DNA from: Haliotis rufescens | Lineage: Eukaryota | Direction of reading: 5' to 3' | Length of the DNA stretch: 64,000 bases | NCBI RefSeq assembly: GCF_023055435.1 | Contig: NW_025963791.1 | Coordinates: 6,200,001 to 6,264,000 of the forward strand | Part shown: in pieces, positions 50,241-62,660 of the stretch | How positions within the stretch are numbered: position 1 is the stretch's first letter | Layout: each line of letters begins with the position of its first letter | The notes under the pieces: model-generated | What the model was told of the DNA's origin: nothing | Databases searched by the model: none | The model's input: only the letters and a program-made list of their open reading frames with translations | Translations under genes and position numbers: made by a program

Positions 50241-51408
50241 GTGTAACCGTTCGAAAATTCTCGGGTATTTCTATGCAAAAGTTACAGAACAGAAGACTTA
50301 CTCACTCACTGACTACTTTAACATTGGCCTTATAAAGTTTCCTTCTGCCACCTAAGTCCAGGAAACATCTTTTTGTAGTGAAGCCGGTTTCATACATACT
50401 CATTTGATGCATCAGTTCCCAGCATACGAGGGCATAGTAGATCAGTAGTCACAATAGCAGCGTGGACAGTTGTTCATGATATCAATCACTGGTTTACGCG
50501 ATTATTTCGAGGCAGTCGTCCATGTACAGGGATAGTACTGACTGTTATTCTACAAGCAAAATACCTTTTCAATTAAGTCAATTTCTTAGAACGGTAAAAC
50601 CGTTTTCGTGTTTATTTCATACAAGATTTCCATAATACAAAAGAAGGAGTCGCCACATTTGACATTTTCTCAATCGTAGGTTTCATTAGTTCAATGTGTC
50701 TGAGCCAGTGCTTGTGTGTATTGTTTCAAGGACACCGAAATGTCATTACACTTTGCAACTCGAAGTTGTCAGAAATATTGGTGTTTTAAAATCAAGGTAA
50801 TAGATAACAAATCGATATATTTGATCAGTAGATGACAAGCCATAATAGGGTGTTCATGTCTAGTGTTGACATTAGCTTCCGTTGTGATCTAGATTACCCA
50901 GCAGTCTCTCGATGGCGTGTTCCATGACTAAAGCTGCATGCTGCGTTATATCATTGTCTAACTGGTCATTCCGTACTGTTTCCGGTCAACGTCTGGCATA
51001 TAATTAATAGGAAGGCGACGGTCGCTGTCTGATGGCGCCGACTTTGTGATATTTTTAATTCTTTTATGAATAAGACTGAAATCCTGATTGTCATTTCTTA
51101 AAAATCTGCCTTCTGTGCTTCGGGAAGAAAGGTGATAAGTTCTCTTTTGTGTCCTTAGTACTTATCAGGGCTTTGCTGTGCTATCTGCTGGATGCATTTC
51201 AGAGGAGAGATATTCAGTAATATCAGTCACATATCTGTGACCGTCTATATCCAACATTACCAGAGAACATCTGTGATTGACTGTGTCAAACCACAACCCA
51301 GACCAGCTCTTCAATACTATGTCCCTGCAGTCACAGATTGAGGTTTATGTTCTGTGATAATGTGCGATTCAAACGGTCACAGATGTTCAACATCGGCTTA
51401 CTGTGACA

Positions 51409-52175
51409 CACATAAACATGGTGCTGTGTATTCTGGGTCACATTCAACCATGCCGTTATGGAGTCTGAGAAACACATAAACATGGTGCTGTGTATTCTGT
51501 GTCACATTCAACCATACCGTTATGGAGTCTGAGAAACACATAAACATGGTGTTGTGTATTCTGGGTCACATTCAACCATGCCGTTATGGAGTCTGAGAAA
51601 CACATAAACATGGTGCTGTGTATTCTGTGTCACATTCAACCATACCGTTATGGAGTCTGAGAAACACATAAACATGGTGTTGTGTATTCTGTGTCACACT
51701 CAACCATGCCGTTATGTAGTCTGAGAAACGAATAAACATGGTGTTGTGTATTCTGGGTCACATTCAACCATTCCGTTATGGAGTCTGAGAAACTCATAAA
51801 CATGGTGTTGTGTATTCTGTGTCCAACTAAACCATGCCGTTATGGAGTCTAAGAAACACATAAACGTATTGTTGTGTATTCTGTGTCACACTCAACCATG
51901 CCGTTATGTAGTCTGAGAAACGAATAAACATGGTGTTGTGTATTCTGGGTCACATTCAACCATTCCGTTATGGAGTCTGAGAAACTCATAAACATGGTGT
52001 TGTGTATTCTGTGTCACATTCGACCATACCGTTATGGAGTCTGAGAAACGCATAAACATGGTGTTGTGAATTCTGTGTCACACTAAACCATGCCGTTATG
52101 TAGTCTGAGAAACAAATAAACATGGTGTTGTGTATTCTGTGTCACACTCAACCATGCCGTTATGTAGTCTGTCAC
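51409..52175. repeat. 64-bp minisatellite, about 12 copies
   Basis: cataaacatggtgctgtgtattctgggtcacattcaaccatgccgttatggagtctgagaaaca (51411, 51475, ...). Confidence 0.95.
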
Positions 52176-52959
52176 ACAGGAACAGAGCGGTAGGTATTCT
52201 GTGGCACGCGTTCCTGCGTTTGTGAACGTGGATGGGACGCTAATATTTACGCTCCAAAAATTTCTTATTACAGGCCCAACTTCACTTCATCTACTTCTAA
52301 TTCAGAGTAGTTATTATGCATGCGATGTATTGATTTTGAAATCATAATGACTGAATTTGTAAGCCATAAGAAGGGACATAGTTCTTCCAGAACTGTGCAA
52401 CTTCGAACACCCATGATTATTATCGACTCGATTAGTAGCTCAAGGAATGTTGTGTTCTTGAAGACTAATTGCCCGGAATGACGAGGCCTTCTAACGAGAC
52501 GCCATTGTCCACAAGAGGGAAGTGATTTCCACCGAATTGCCGATGGTGGCTGTATTTTAATACTCACTTGTCCCCAGTATATCGTCACCACTGCCCAGAT
52601 GATATTTGACTATTTTCATGAATGGTTTAAAAAACTAGTTTAAAACTTTAAATATGCAATTAGGAATTTGTTGTAGTTTGGCATACTTTTTAGTTTTATG
52701 TTATAAGCCAAATACTATCCATGATTAATTTTAAGATTTCAACATTTCTGGCAACAAAACAATTAATACGATATGATATTTCACCATGACGATGTTTTTC
52801 CTGTTCTACGAATCCCCTTGTGTTTCAATCAATCGTTGTACCTCATTCGATACTGATCAAATATTTCTAAATGCTAAAAGCCACCCACGTAAATTGATAT
52901 CCATTCACGTTGTGTTTTAGGCCTCACATCGCCCAGACCCCCGCACCACCCGCGCTACC

Positions 52960-53597
<638 letters not shown>

Positions 53598-54797
53598 CTA
53601 AACACAGATATTTCCCTGTAATACTTTATTGCACTCACTCAGTGTGCTAGAGAGCTTTGACCCATGCCACGCTGCTAAAAAGCTCCCTCCACGTGGTTCC
53701 TATATCTATACAAATAATTTACAACCTGTTTTTACGTCTTAAATGTCTTTACCCTAATTTCATATCACGAATCATGATCGAAGAAGACATGTGAGTAAAT
53801 CACATTCCGAGAAATATGTTTCTTTTTTTTTTAAAATGCGCACCAAATCCGGTCCAGGAAACACTTTGAAAGCCCGCAACATTAACGACGAGGTTGTAAC
53901 GTCACGGATTGTTGACGTGAAGACGTTACACGCGATGGCATCCCGGCAATATAACGTCTTTCCATTGCTTGTTTCCATGAAACGCCTATTCCTCCTGATT
54001 TCCATCTCTTAACTCGGATACATCAAAGCTTCTTTGCCGCTTCATCGGATAAAATCAACGCCTTGCGTGTGAGCCAGTCATAAATTACAAAGATGTGAAA
54101 CAGCACCTCGTGAAATATGAAGTGAGTGATCCTGGTTGTGACGTCAAGTGGTATAAATTCAGATCTTGACTTAGATGGTCAAGCTAAAATGGAAGAATAT
54201 AGCATTAAAATAGCGTTAGATTTTCTCTTGATTACGTGAAGTCAAACGTGATCTCTCCACCTGTTGAGGGTATCCTAACGTGCTAGCTGAGATACAACGT
54301 GGCACTCTCTACCAGAACCGGCGCTGAATCTTCAGAACTAATCCGTGCTTAGAACATTGGCGAATAATCTGCTTACTCCTACTGTTAAGCGATCACTTTG
54401 ATTACAGTGTTTAAGCACAAGGCTGTAAGGACTGGCAATTGTTTGCTAAAGCAGTTCGTCAATATCAGAGGATTTTTTGAGGCGCAAAGGAAATGAAGAT
54501 CGCATTATCAATCAGATCCTTTCAAGAACGTCTTTGATTAGTTCATTTCCCTGATTTAATTCTGATCGAATACATCTTGTCCGGCAAGTTCTTACAAACT
54601 CGGCGTATGAATGACCAACATTTTATGTTGTATCACGATCAACTAATCGTGGATTCGAATCCCATAGTGTGATTCTTCGTCTGTCAGCACTTAGCTTCAT
54701 TTCGGGGCATTAGCTGCCATTAGTCTAAGGCACCACACGTGCTCCCTAGGTACCATGCTCCGAGATTGCACGATGTGATCCTATAGTGGCTCCAATT

Positions 54798-55045
54798 TTT
54801 GTTTGTTTGTTGTTTAACGCCACACTCAGCAATATTCCAGCTGTATGACTGCGGTCTGTAACCAGACAATCCAGTGAATATCATGAGCATCGATCCACGC
54901 AATTGACATCGATGACATGCATCAACCAAGTCAGCGAGCCTGACCACCTGATCCCGTTAGTCGCCTCTTGCGACAAGCATAGTCGCCTTTTACGGCAAGC
55001 ATGGGTTGCTGAAGACCTACTCTAGCCCGGATCTTCATGGGCCTC
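54798..55045 (-). mobile_element. Family B, duplicated-hairpin type
   Basis: 9-bp TSD gctccaatt (54789-54797, 55046-55054). Confidence 0.9.
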
Positions 55046-55097
55046 GCTCCAATTACCTACCTTGGTCTGTCAACGCTGTACCTAACAGCACTGATCA

Positions 55098-55220
55098 GTG
55101 AGTGAGTGAATTATGTTTTAGCGTTACGTTGAACATATTTCAGTCATATTACGCCATTTCAGCTTGATGTGCCGGGAAGGCCGGAAGTGATGCAGGTCTT
55201 AGAAGTTTACTACTACGGCC
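55098..55220 (-). mobile_element. SINE family D 3' fragment
   Basis: gaagtgatgcaggtc and (GTGA)n. Confidence 0.6.
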
Positions 55221-55251
55221 TACGTCACTCTATTCTTACCTCCCATATTAA

Positions 55252-55367
55252 GTGAGTGCGTATTGTTTTACGACGCTTTCAGCAATATTCCAGCAATATC
55301 ACGGTTGGGGACAGCATACAGATGTGGGGAATCGAATCCGGGTCTACTTCGTGACGAGCGAACGCTT
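55252..55367 (-). mobile_element. SINE family A, cut by assembly gap
   Basis: Tail and B box present, runs into Ns. Confidence 0.75.
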
Positions 55368-55505
55368 NNNNNNNNNNNNNNNNNNNNNNNNNNNNNNNNN
55401 NNNNNNNNNNNNNNNNNNNNNNNNNNNNNNNNNNNNNNNNNNNNNNNNNNNNNNNNNNNNNNNNNNNNNNNNNNNNNNNNNNNNNNNNNNNNNNNNNNNN
55501 NNNNN
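55368..55505. other. Assembly gap (N run)
   Basis: Direct reading. Confidence 0.99.
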
Positions 55506-56279
55506 CCACATTAGCAACATAATATTCAAACATGTCATTGGAAAACAATACAAATCACAATTGCACCTTATATCACTGACTATTCTCCAACGGTTAAATA
55601 AATTCCCAAAACGAATGTAACCCCATGTGTATTATTCGTGTATACAAATATATCGATGCAATTACATTTGGTATGTCCAACTCAATCACCCGATTCAGAT
55701 GTCGAAACTAATTCCTTTCCCTGAACCACCAGCATTTTCTGCCCTTCGTATAACCCAAGATGCCGAGGGCAGACTTGAGAATGGAAAATATTACAAGAGC
55801 ATACCGATACCTAACGATTTACCCTGGATCGGGTGCTACTAAGAAGCATGGTTAAGAATCAGGAAATGTTTTGAATTCGGGAAGCTGGAAACGATTTTCT
55901 TCTTCCGTTGTGTCCTCTGGCCATCAAGACACGTCGCATAACCCAATGAGACAGTTTTCGATCGAGGCGGCACCAGATCTGGCCTCTAGATCCGCGTGGC
56001 AGCTTGTCTCTCTAACGACCAGGAATTAAGCTCAGGGTTAGGCCTTATAATCCGTCTGCGATTTGTGCCAGAGCCATGAGAACGTGCTACCTCAGAAGAG
56101 CAAGAAGGGGAGGGCATCGTGTTTGATCCTTGAGGCGTGTCGCAAATACCTCTGTCAATTTTGAGAAAGTGGGTGGCAATCATTGCTTCAATTGAGAACC
56201 CTTGACTCTAACCGAGACACCAACTATCCTTGATACACTGCAACCATATTTTATTTTGGGAATTTACTCCTTGCAATCA

Positions 56280-56830
56280 ACCAACACCTACGCGTAGAAC
56301 TGAGTCTTGTAATGCAACTTCTTTGATTGCGTGACATTGATCATAGACCTGCTTATAAGCAAATAAACTATATTGGAACGTCAGGGGCTTGAATGTACAT
56401 TGATTTTTTACACTCAAGAACTTGGCCCAAGAACTCGGTCCAACCCTCTTCATATGGATGTAGTTGGACCCTATATATAACTTCACGATACCAGTACTAT
56501 TTGCTTGCTGTCGTAGAGAGATGGACCGTTGATGGTAACAAACTTCGGCATAAACAATATTTTTTGTAAGGGGGTGTTCGCATGTAGGTGGCCGGTATGG
56601 GACGAGGGTGGAGGGTTTTCTTATGAGACAAGCACAATGTGTTTTCAGATTAACGGTGTTAATGAGTTTTTCTTTCAAGGTATTTTGCACGTGGAAATGA
56701 CGACGTTCACATGTTTCCGAATATCTTATACACTGTAACGCTCGCAAACAAGAAAACACATGGTGTTTGTTTATTAAATACATGTTTTGGTACATGTACA
56801 ACATTCTCATTCCACGGGCATTCAACACTG
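56280..56830 (-). mobile_element. Decayed GIY-YIG endonuclease of a second Penelope-like (C-terminal EN) family
   Basis: ORF 56277-56828 contains CAC...C..PLTKNIVYAEV...KLYIGS...KR. Confidence 0.5.
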
Positions 56831-57111
56831 ATTACGATATCCATGACGTCATGCCGAATAACATAATCTTCTCAAAAAAAGCTTTCAAAATAAGATAACT
56901 TTCAGATGATTTCCAGGTTTCGAATCTTATTCAACATCAATAATATTGCGTTTCCACTCCAAGCCGTTTTCCAATTAATGATATTTCTTGATTAACGCTA
57001 CATTATGCTGCATCCTATTTATGATTATAAACGTTAGCGTCTTGGGTGTTTTCATTTTCATAAAACCATTCACGAAAACTACAATGTCTAATAATAATGA
57101 AGTTATTCGAT

Positions 57112-57425
57112 GATGACATTAGGTGTTCCCGATCGCATCGATTAATGATGACGATATTATCATGACACCAGGTATTCTCGGTCGCATTGATAAATGATGA
57201 CGTCATTATCATGACACCAGGTGTTCCCGATCGAATCGATTAATGATGACGTTATTATCAATGACACCAGGTGTTCCCGATCGCATTGATAAATGATGAC
57301 GTTATTATCATGACACCAGGTGTTCCCGATCGCATCGATTAATGATGACGTTATTATCATGACACCAGGTGTTCCTGACTATGATGGCTAATATGAAATT
57401 ACGGCGATGACACCAGGTGTTCGCG
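57112..57425. repeat. 49-bp minisatellite, 5-6 copies
   Basis: atgacaccaggtgttcccgatcgcatcgattaatgatgacgttattatc (57162, 57211, ...). Confidence 0.9.
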
Positions 57426-59510
57426 TAGGTATTAACATCTGAAACATCGCTACCAACTGAATAACGTCAGTGCCAGCATCCTCCCCTGCTCTCATTGAAA
57501 GATGCTGGTCACCAACTTGATGCCGGTCTTGTTTCCACACTGTCGCTGCACAGTAGCTTCAGCCTTCTTGTCATCTGATACAACCACCTGACTGGCGGCG
57601 TTCGCGTGGGTAGTATCGATCATCTGAGTTGTTTTTCTTAAATCAAATGCCATTGTGCCAATAATCCATTGTTTCGGCTCAATTTGTTATTCGTGGATCG
57701 ATCAACCTAATTCAACATGTAGTTAGTGAAAATATAGCAGAACCAAGAAACGATGAGAAACGTTGCTTTACCTTAAGTACCAAGAGAGACATCTTTTGTG
57801 GACACTGGAACTATAAAAACAATATTTTGTTCTATTTCTTTTCCGAAACCATCTTTCCAATTATCAGAAACCCTAGATCTATATGTGTGGCTGTCTGTTT
57901 CAAACGGATTTATATCTATTTGAATTTGAACACTGATGATTGTCTTGTAAATGGTGCTGTCGAAGAACGTGATGTTAAAGTGGATGTTTTTCTTGTAATT
58001 TCTTTACAAAGATTTCTACTTTCCTCTACTTCAAAGTCGTCGATTTAAGCATGATTCACACTTTTTATCTTACAATTTCTTTTCCTTAGTGGTCAATTAA
58101 AACTTTAATTGCCGCAAATGATTTCCGTCCAAACATAATGTAAGAGATTTATTATTGTGAAAAACAACTTTGCATTTTTTGTGTATTCATGATTCAATGT
58201 AAACAGAGACGACATGCACTGTAAAGGATGATTTGACTCCATGATCCCATTTTTCGTCTTGATCTAGTCGTTGTTATTAGACATTTGACTTGCCTTTGCA
58301 TGTGTTTGTGATACAGTCATCCTTTCGCCAACACCTGGCATCATCATTAATTGAGTCTCATTATGATGGACGCGCTGATTTTACACAAAATCCTTTCCAT
58401 GGCCACAAACATGGTGCGGGAGTGACTTGATCCCATTGGTGCCATAGACTTCCTTTTTAAGTTTTTTTTATTCATTTCAGAATGATGTTACATTTTCACT
58501 TGTTTTCACGTACATACTTATGATGAGTATGTGACTGAGACGCATTCAGACAGATTGCATGTAATATTCTGTACAGAAAAGTAGTCACGTTTCTTGACAC
58601 ATGGACACGGTCTTACATTAGTCAGAGCATAAAAATAAAGGCATATACATGTGTATATACATACCTGGCAACTATTTCTTATTTAAGTATTTCAGTAATT
58701 GCTTTGGCCATTTTTCCTAAAAAACTTTGCAATACTGCTTTCTAGCAATACAGTGTGTCACTTAAACAATATCTTTAATCACTCTTAAAAAAACATCCAA
58801 GTTAAGTTTATTGTTGTTTTTTACTAGATAAATATAACAGACTTGTGCATAGTTACGTTGTCCTGTTAGAACACACATTTAGTGAGTTCAGCTTTGATAT
58901 TCTCACGCAGTTCCCTAAACGGATTAGCATAACATTGGCTTTTTCCACGAGAAGAATTCCATTGAAATCCCGGAAAACCGAAGCCATCCCCTAGCCAGCT
59001 GATGGAACAGAATTTGTCTTCTTCCGGGGAGGAGACGTTAGATTTCCCCACTGTTTTGACTGTTGTTTAGTCCCTTGGTGGTAATGGCGAACCCAAGACT
59101 CATCCATAGTTACGAATCTGGACCCTTGGAAATCAGCGTGCTTTGTCATTCATTCCTTGACTGTCTCCTACTGCTTTGGCTCTGTGACGTGCGGTGAATC
59201 AACGACCTTCCATAATCATATGTATTTTATCAACATTTTCCTTAGTGGTGGCAGTTGAAGGTGTTCCTGGTCTTGAATCATCTCCGAGGTACTCTCTCCC
59301 CCCCTGCACACCTCTTAACAGTGGTGCAGGAAGAAGCAGCATCCCCTTAAGATGATGACGCAATGTCCGCATAGATGTCTGTAGGAGTTCGCCATGTCAG
59401 TATTGCCAGTTGACTGCCCTAAGCACTGGCTCTTGATTTATCTGGAATAGAAAATACGCAGCGCAAAACCGTACTCACTCGCGTATGTATGTGATCCTTC
59501 TGAAGCGATG

Positions 59511-59722
59511 AGAGGTAGGAAGGTCGGTGGTTCCGACCCCGCCACGTCATACCATAAGATGGCACTTGGGGATAAAACAAGGACTGGTCGACCGGTGTCA
59601 GTATACTGTGTCTGAGTGAGTTATCCAAATTACAATGCAAGTACAGACTAGTACAAGCTAACACACATACATACATGCAAGTCGTTACATAAATGAACCT
59701 TAAACTCCATTTCACCTCACCT
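59511..59722 (+). mobile_element. SINE family C, degenerate
   Basis: aaaacaaggactggtcg...cagtatactgtgtctgagtg...catttcacctcacc. Confidence 0.7.
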
Positions 59723-60564
59723 CTGAAGTGATGAAGACGAATAGGTTTAATCGTGAAACCAGTTTGAACGAACTCTTGTAACGATGTAGCAAAGTTTGAT
59801 TGAATGTAATTTTGGCGATATTTTAGTGTCACATGACAAATATCTGCAATATGCCTAAATGGCCCTTTTGTGATTTTGCTTAAAACACGTACCAAGTGAG
59901 ATGCTTTTGTGCAACGCAGCATTAGCAGTTTTTTATCTATTATTAGTGACCTAGATATTTGTTTAAAAAACGTTGATAGAGAAAGACTTCTGTTACATCA
60001 TGCCTCCTTTATTGCAAAGAGAAAGAGAGATCAAATTTGTAATTTTAATTTAATTTTACCCAGGATAAACGTGCCCCTGGGGAAGGAATAATGGTGCTCG
60101 GCCCGTTCCTAATGTTGGAAGAAAATGGAAGAAAAATGAATGCGAATATCTCCTGTGGTTTCCATCACCTGAAATCACGATGGCCTAGCAGACAGGAAAT
60201 GAGTTGGGAGTTAAGGAGGGAAAACAACGACACTTAATTTGTTTTTAATTCCGTTAGGTCCTCTTGTGCTATGTACGTTAGCAAATGGGAATCACTTGTA
60301 AATTCATGGTTGAAACGTTCGGGTTTACTAATGAAATGAAAAAGATATTTTTTTTATTATACTGTAAAGCTTTTTGAGGTTAGTTCGTGGTGAAGCGCAA
60401 GATACTACCTCTATAATTAGGTATACTTATCATCTCAAAAAATCAGTGACTAAATGTTTTTGGTCCATCGATCACTTGATTGTCTGGTTTGCTTACCGAC
60501 CGCCGTCACATGATAGGGGTACTGTTATGCGACGTCAGTGACCAACACTTTTTTATGCAAATTG

Positions 60565-60720
60565 TTAGCGTTGTGGCTGCTATCGGTAGCACAGAACATG
60601 CTTACCCTTTTCCCCAACACCTGGTGTCATTATTGATTTTCATATGTTTTTCACCGCATATTTGCCTTTTGAGCCCAATGGAATGTACAAATGTATTTCG
60701 GCGGTTAATCGAGTCTGCTT
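60565..60720 (+). mobile_element. Related PLE 3'-end motif fragment, degenerate
   Basis: cagaacatgcttacccttttccccaacacctggtgtcat. Confidence 0.45.
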
Positions 60721-60828
60721 ATTCTATGACGTTGACGTTTTATATTTTGTTGGTTCGACTCCTTAGTGTGATATTTCCAGCGGATTCCCCAAGGTAGTTT
60801 ACGTCCATATTGCCTGGTCCTTTGGATG

Positions 60829-61090
60829 CCCGTAAAGATCCGGGGTAGAATCTTCAGCAACCCATGCTTGCCGTAAAAGGCGACTATGCTTGTCGTAAGA
60901 GGCGACTTACGGGATCGGGTGGTCAGGCTCGCTGACTTGGTTGATGCATGTCATCTATCCCAATTGCGTGGATCGATAATCATGATATCAATCACTGGAT
61001 TGTCTGGTCCAGACTCGATTATTTACTGATCCCGTCATATAGCTGGAATATTGCTGAGTGCCGCGTTTAACAACAAACAAACCTACCAAC
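60829..61090 (+). mobile_element. Family B, duplicated-hairpin type, ending about 55 bp before exon 3
   Basis: Starts cccgtaaagatccggggtagaat; full body and tail. Confidence 0.85.
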
Positions 61091-61146
61091 TATTCAGCAA
61101 TTCAATGAATTACAAAGCGTACTCTAAAACTGACCGTGTTTTTCAG

Positions 61147-61293
61147 TGTACGTGTTCCTGGGCGAGGTGAACGGTGTAGTGGACTTGATGACCAACTTGT
61201 ATGACCGTGGGCTGCTGGACACTGGCGACTACATCGTCATCTACGTCGACCACAACACCTTCGACAGCAAGGACCCTCTGAAATACTTCAAGA
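61147..61293 (+). CDS. Receptor guanylyl cyclase coding exon 3 (gene continues beyond window)
   Basis: Acceptor gtgtttttcag| at 61146; G+TG completes Val giving TRVYVFLGEVNGVVDLMTNLYDRGLLDTGDYIVIYVD...KYFK; donor A|gtaagt, phase 1. Confidence 0.9.
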
Positions 61294-61737
61294 GTAAGTC
61301 TATCAGTCTTGACATCTTATTTCTTCACTTTCTATAAACAATAGCACGTTAATTTAAGGGGTCATAAATCTTCACACATCCCCACCCCCACCCTTTACAA
61401 AAAACACAGTCCGTAACAGTTGTTTTGTGTTGAGCTTTAGAGGTTGCATGATTAGAAAACATATTCCGCTAACAATGTAACATAACAATATGAATAATTC
61501 ATTTTTATTTATTTTTTTACGTGTTTGTATCGTTATCTATCGTGTAGTTGTCCGATTTTCGATCACGAACGTTGATACTGCTTAATTTCGTTTATCCGAC
61601 ATACCCGTTAATCATATGCAACCAACCATGTCGGATTAAGGGGGCTTGACTGAATTGACAATTGTTCACTGAGTGCGCGGATCTTCGTACTGAAGCAACT
61701 TGATGCTAGGAAACATAGGGTTGTTTTAAATGTCCAC

Positions 61738-61860
61738 TGTACGGAATCCTGGAAGGGACATTGTCGCGTTGTCGCAAAAAGTGCGAAAATTAACCCAAGC
61801 GCGACAATGCGATAACAACGTTTTGAAAACGCGACAATGTCCCTACTACGATTCCATACA
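61738..61860. mobile_element. Palindromic MITE
   Basis: TIRs tgtacggaatc...agggacattgtcgcgtt / aacgcgacaatgtccct...gattccataca. Confidence 0.6.
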
Positions 61861-61920
61861 AATGTCTATCATCGTAACCCTATGAAAGTCTTGGTTAATA
61901 AAGTATTTCGTCAATCACAG

Positions 61921-62211
61921 GGGGGCACGGGTGGCCTAGTCTTCTAAGGCGCCGCGATTCGCTGAGCAGAGTTGCGTCCCTTGGGCGCGCCAGAAACCTG
62001 TGGTTGTGGGTTCGAATCCCGGTTCGCCCCGATTATGTTTCTAGGTTTGTCAGCACCATGCCCGTGCTCGTGGGTTTCACCGAAGTGGTTAACGTCTGAG
62101 ACCTGCATCACTTCGGGCTTTCCTCCCACATTAAGCTAACACGCCGTGATATAACTTGAATACTGTTAAAAGCGGCGTTAAACCCAACTCACTCACTCAC
62201 TCACTCACTCT
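61921..62211 (+). mobile_element. SINE family D (tRNA-Leu-like head, V-like domain), full length
   Basis: TSD tca(a/g)tcacag (61911-61920, 62212-62221). Confidence 0.9.
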
Positions 62212-62660
62212 TCAGTCACAGACGTAGCACGTGTATTTCTGTGCCCTATTATTGCTACATACACAGTAAATATATATTTTTTTATTAACTAATATGAATG
62301 AATAAACTAAACCAAATAAATTATTAAACTATTTGACACAATTTCATACAAATCGTAATCATTATTATTATCTTCTAAAAATGAAAGAGTACAACAGTTA
62401 AGACTGCACAACTTGTTCAGAGTATCCAGTTGCTATAGGGCTGAAAAATAATGCCGATGCGACGTTAAATTTTCACTCACTCACTCACTCACTCACTCAC
62501 TCACTCACTCACTCTTGCGTGATCTGCTGAGCGTCAGTTTGAATCCAAGATTCGTGCCGGTTATGAACCTTGTCCCTCCAGAACTCTACTCGAATTTCTC
62601 TAGTCGAGTAAAATCCAACCCTCTCACTCAGTCACTCTATGTAAACACATGATGGGGATG

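Noticed and set aside
51409-52175. CRISPR-like array (also 17992-18622 and 57112-57425)
   Set aside because: Head-to-tail repeats without unique spacers, in a eukaryotic intron, no cas genes
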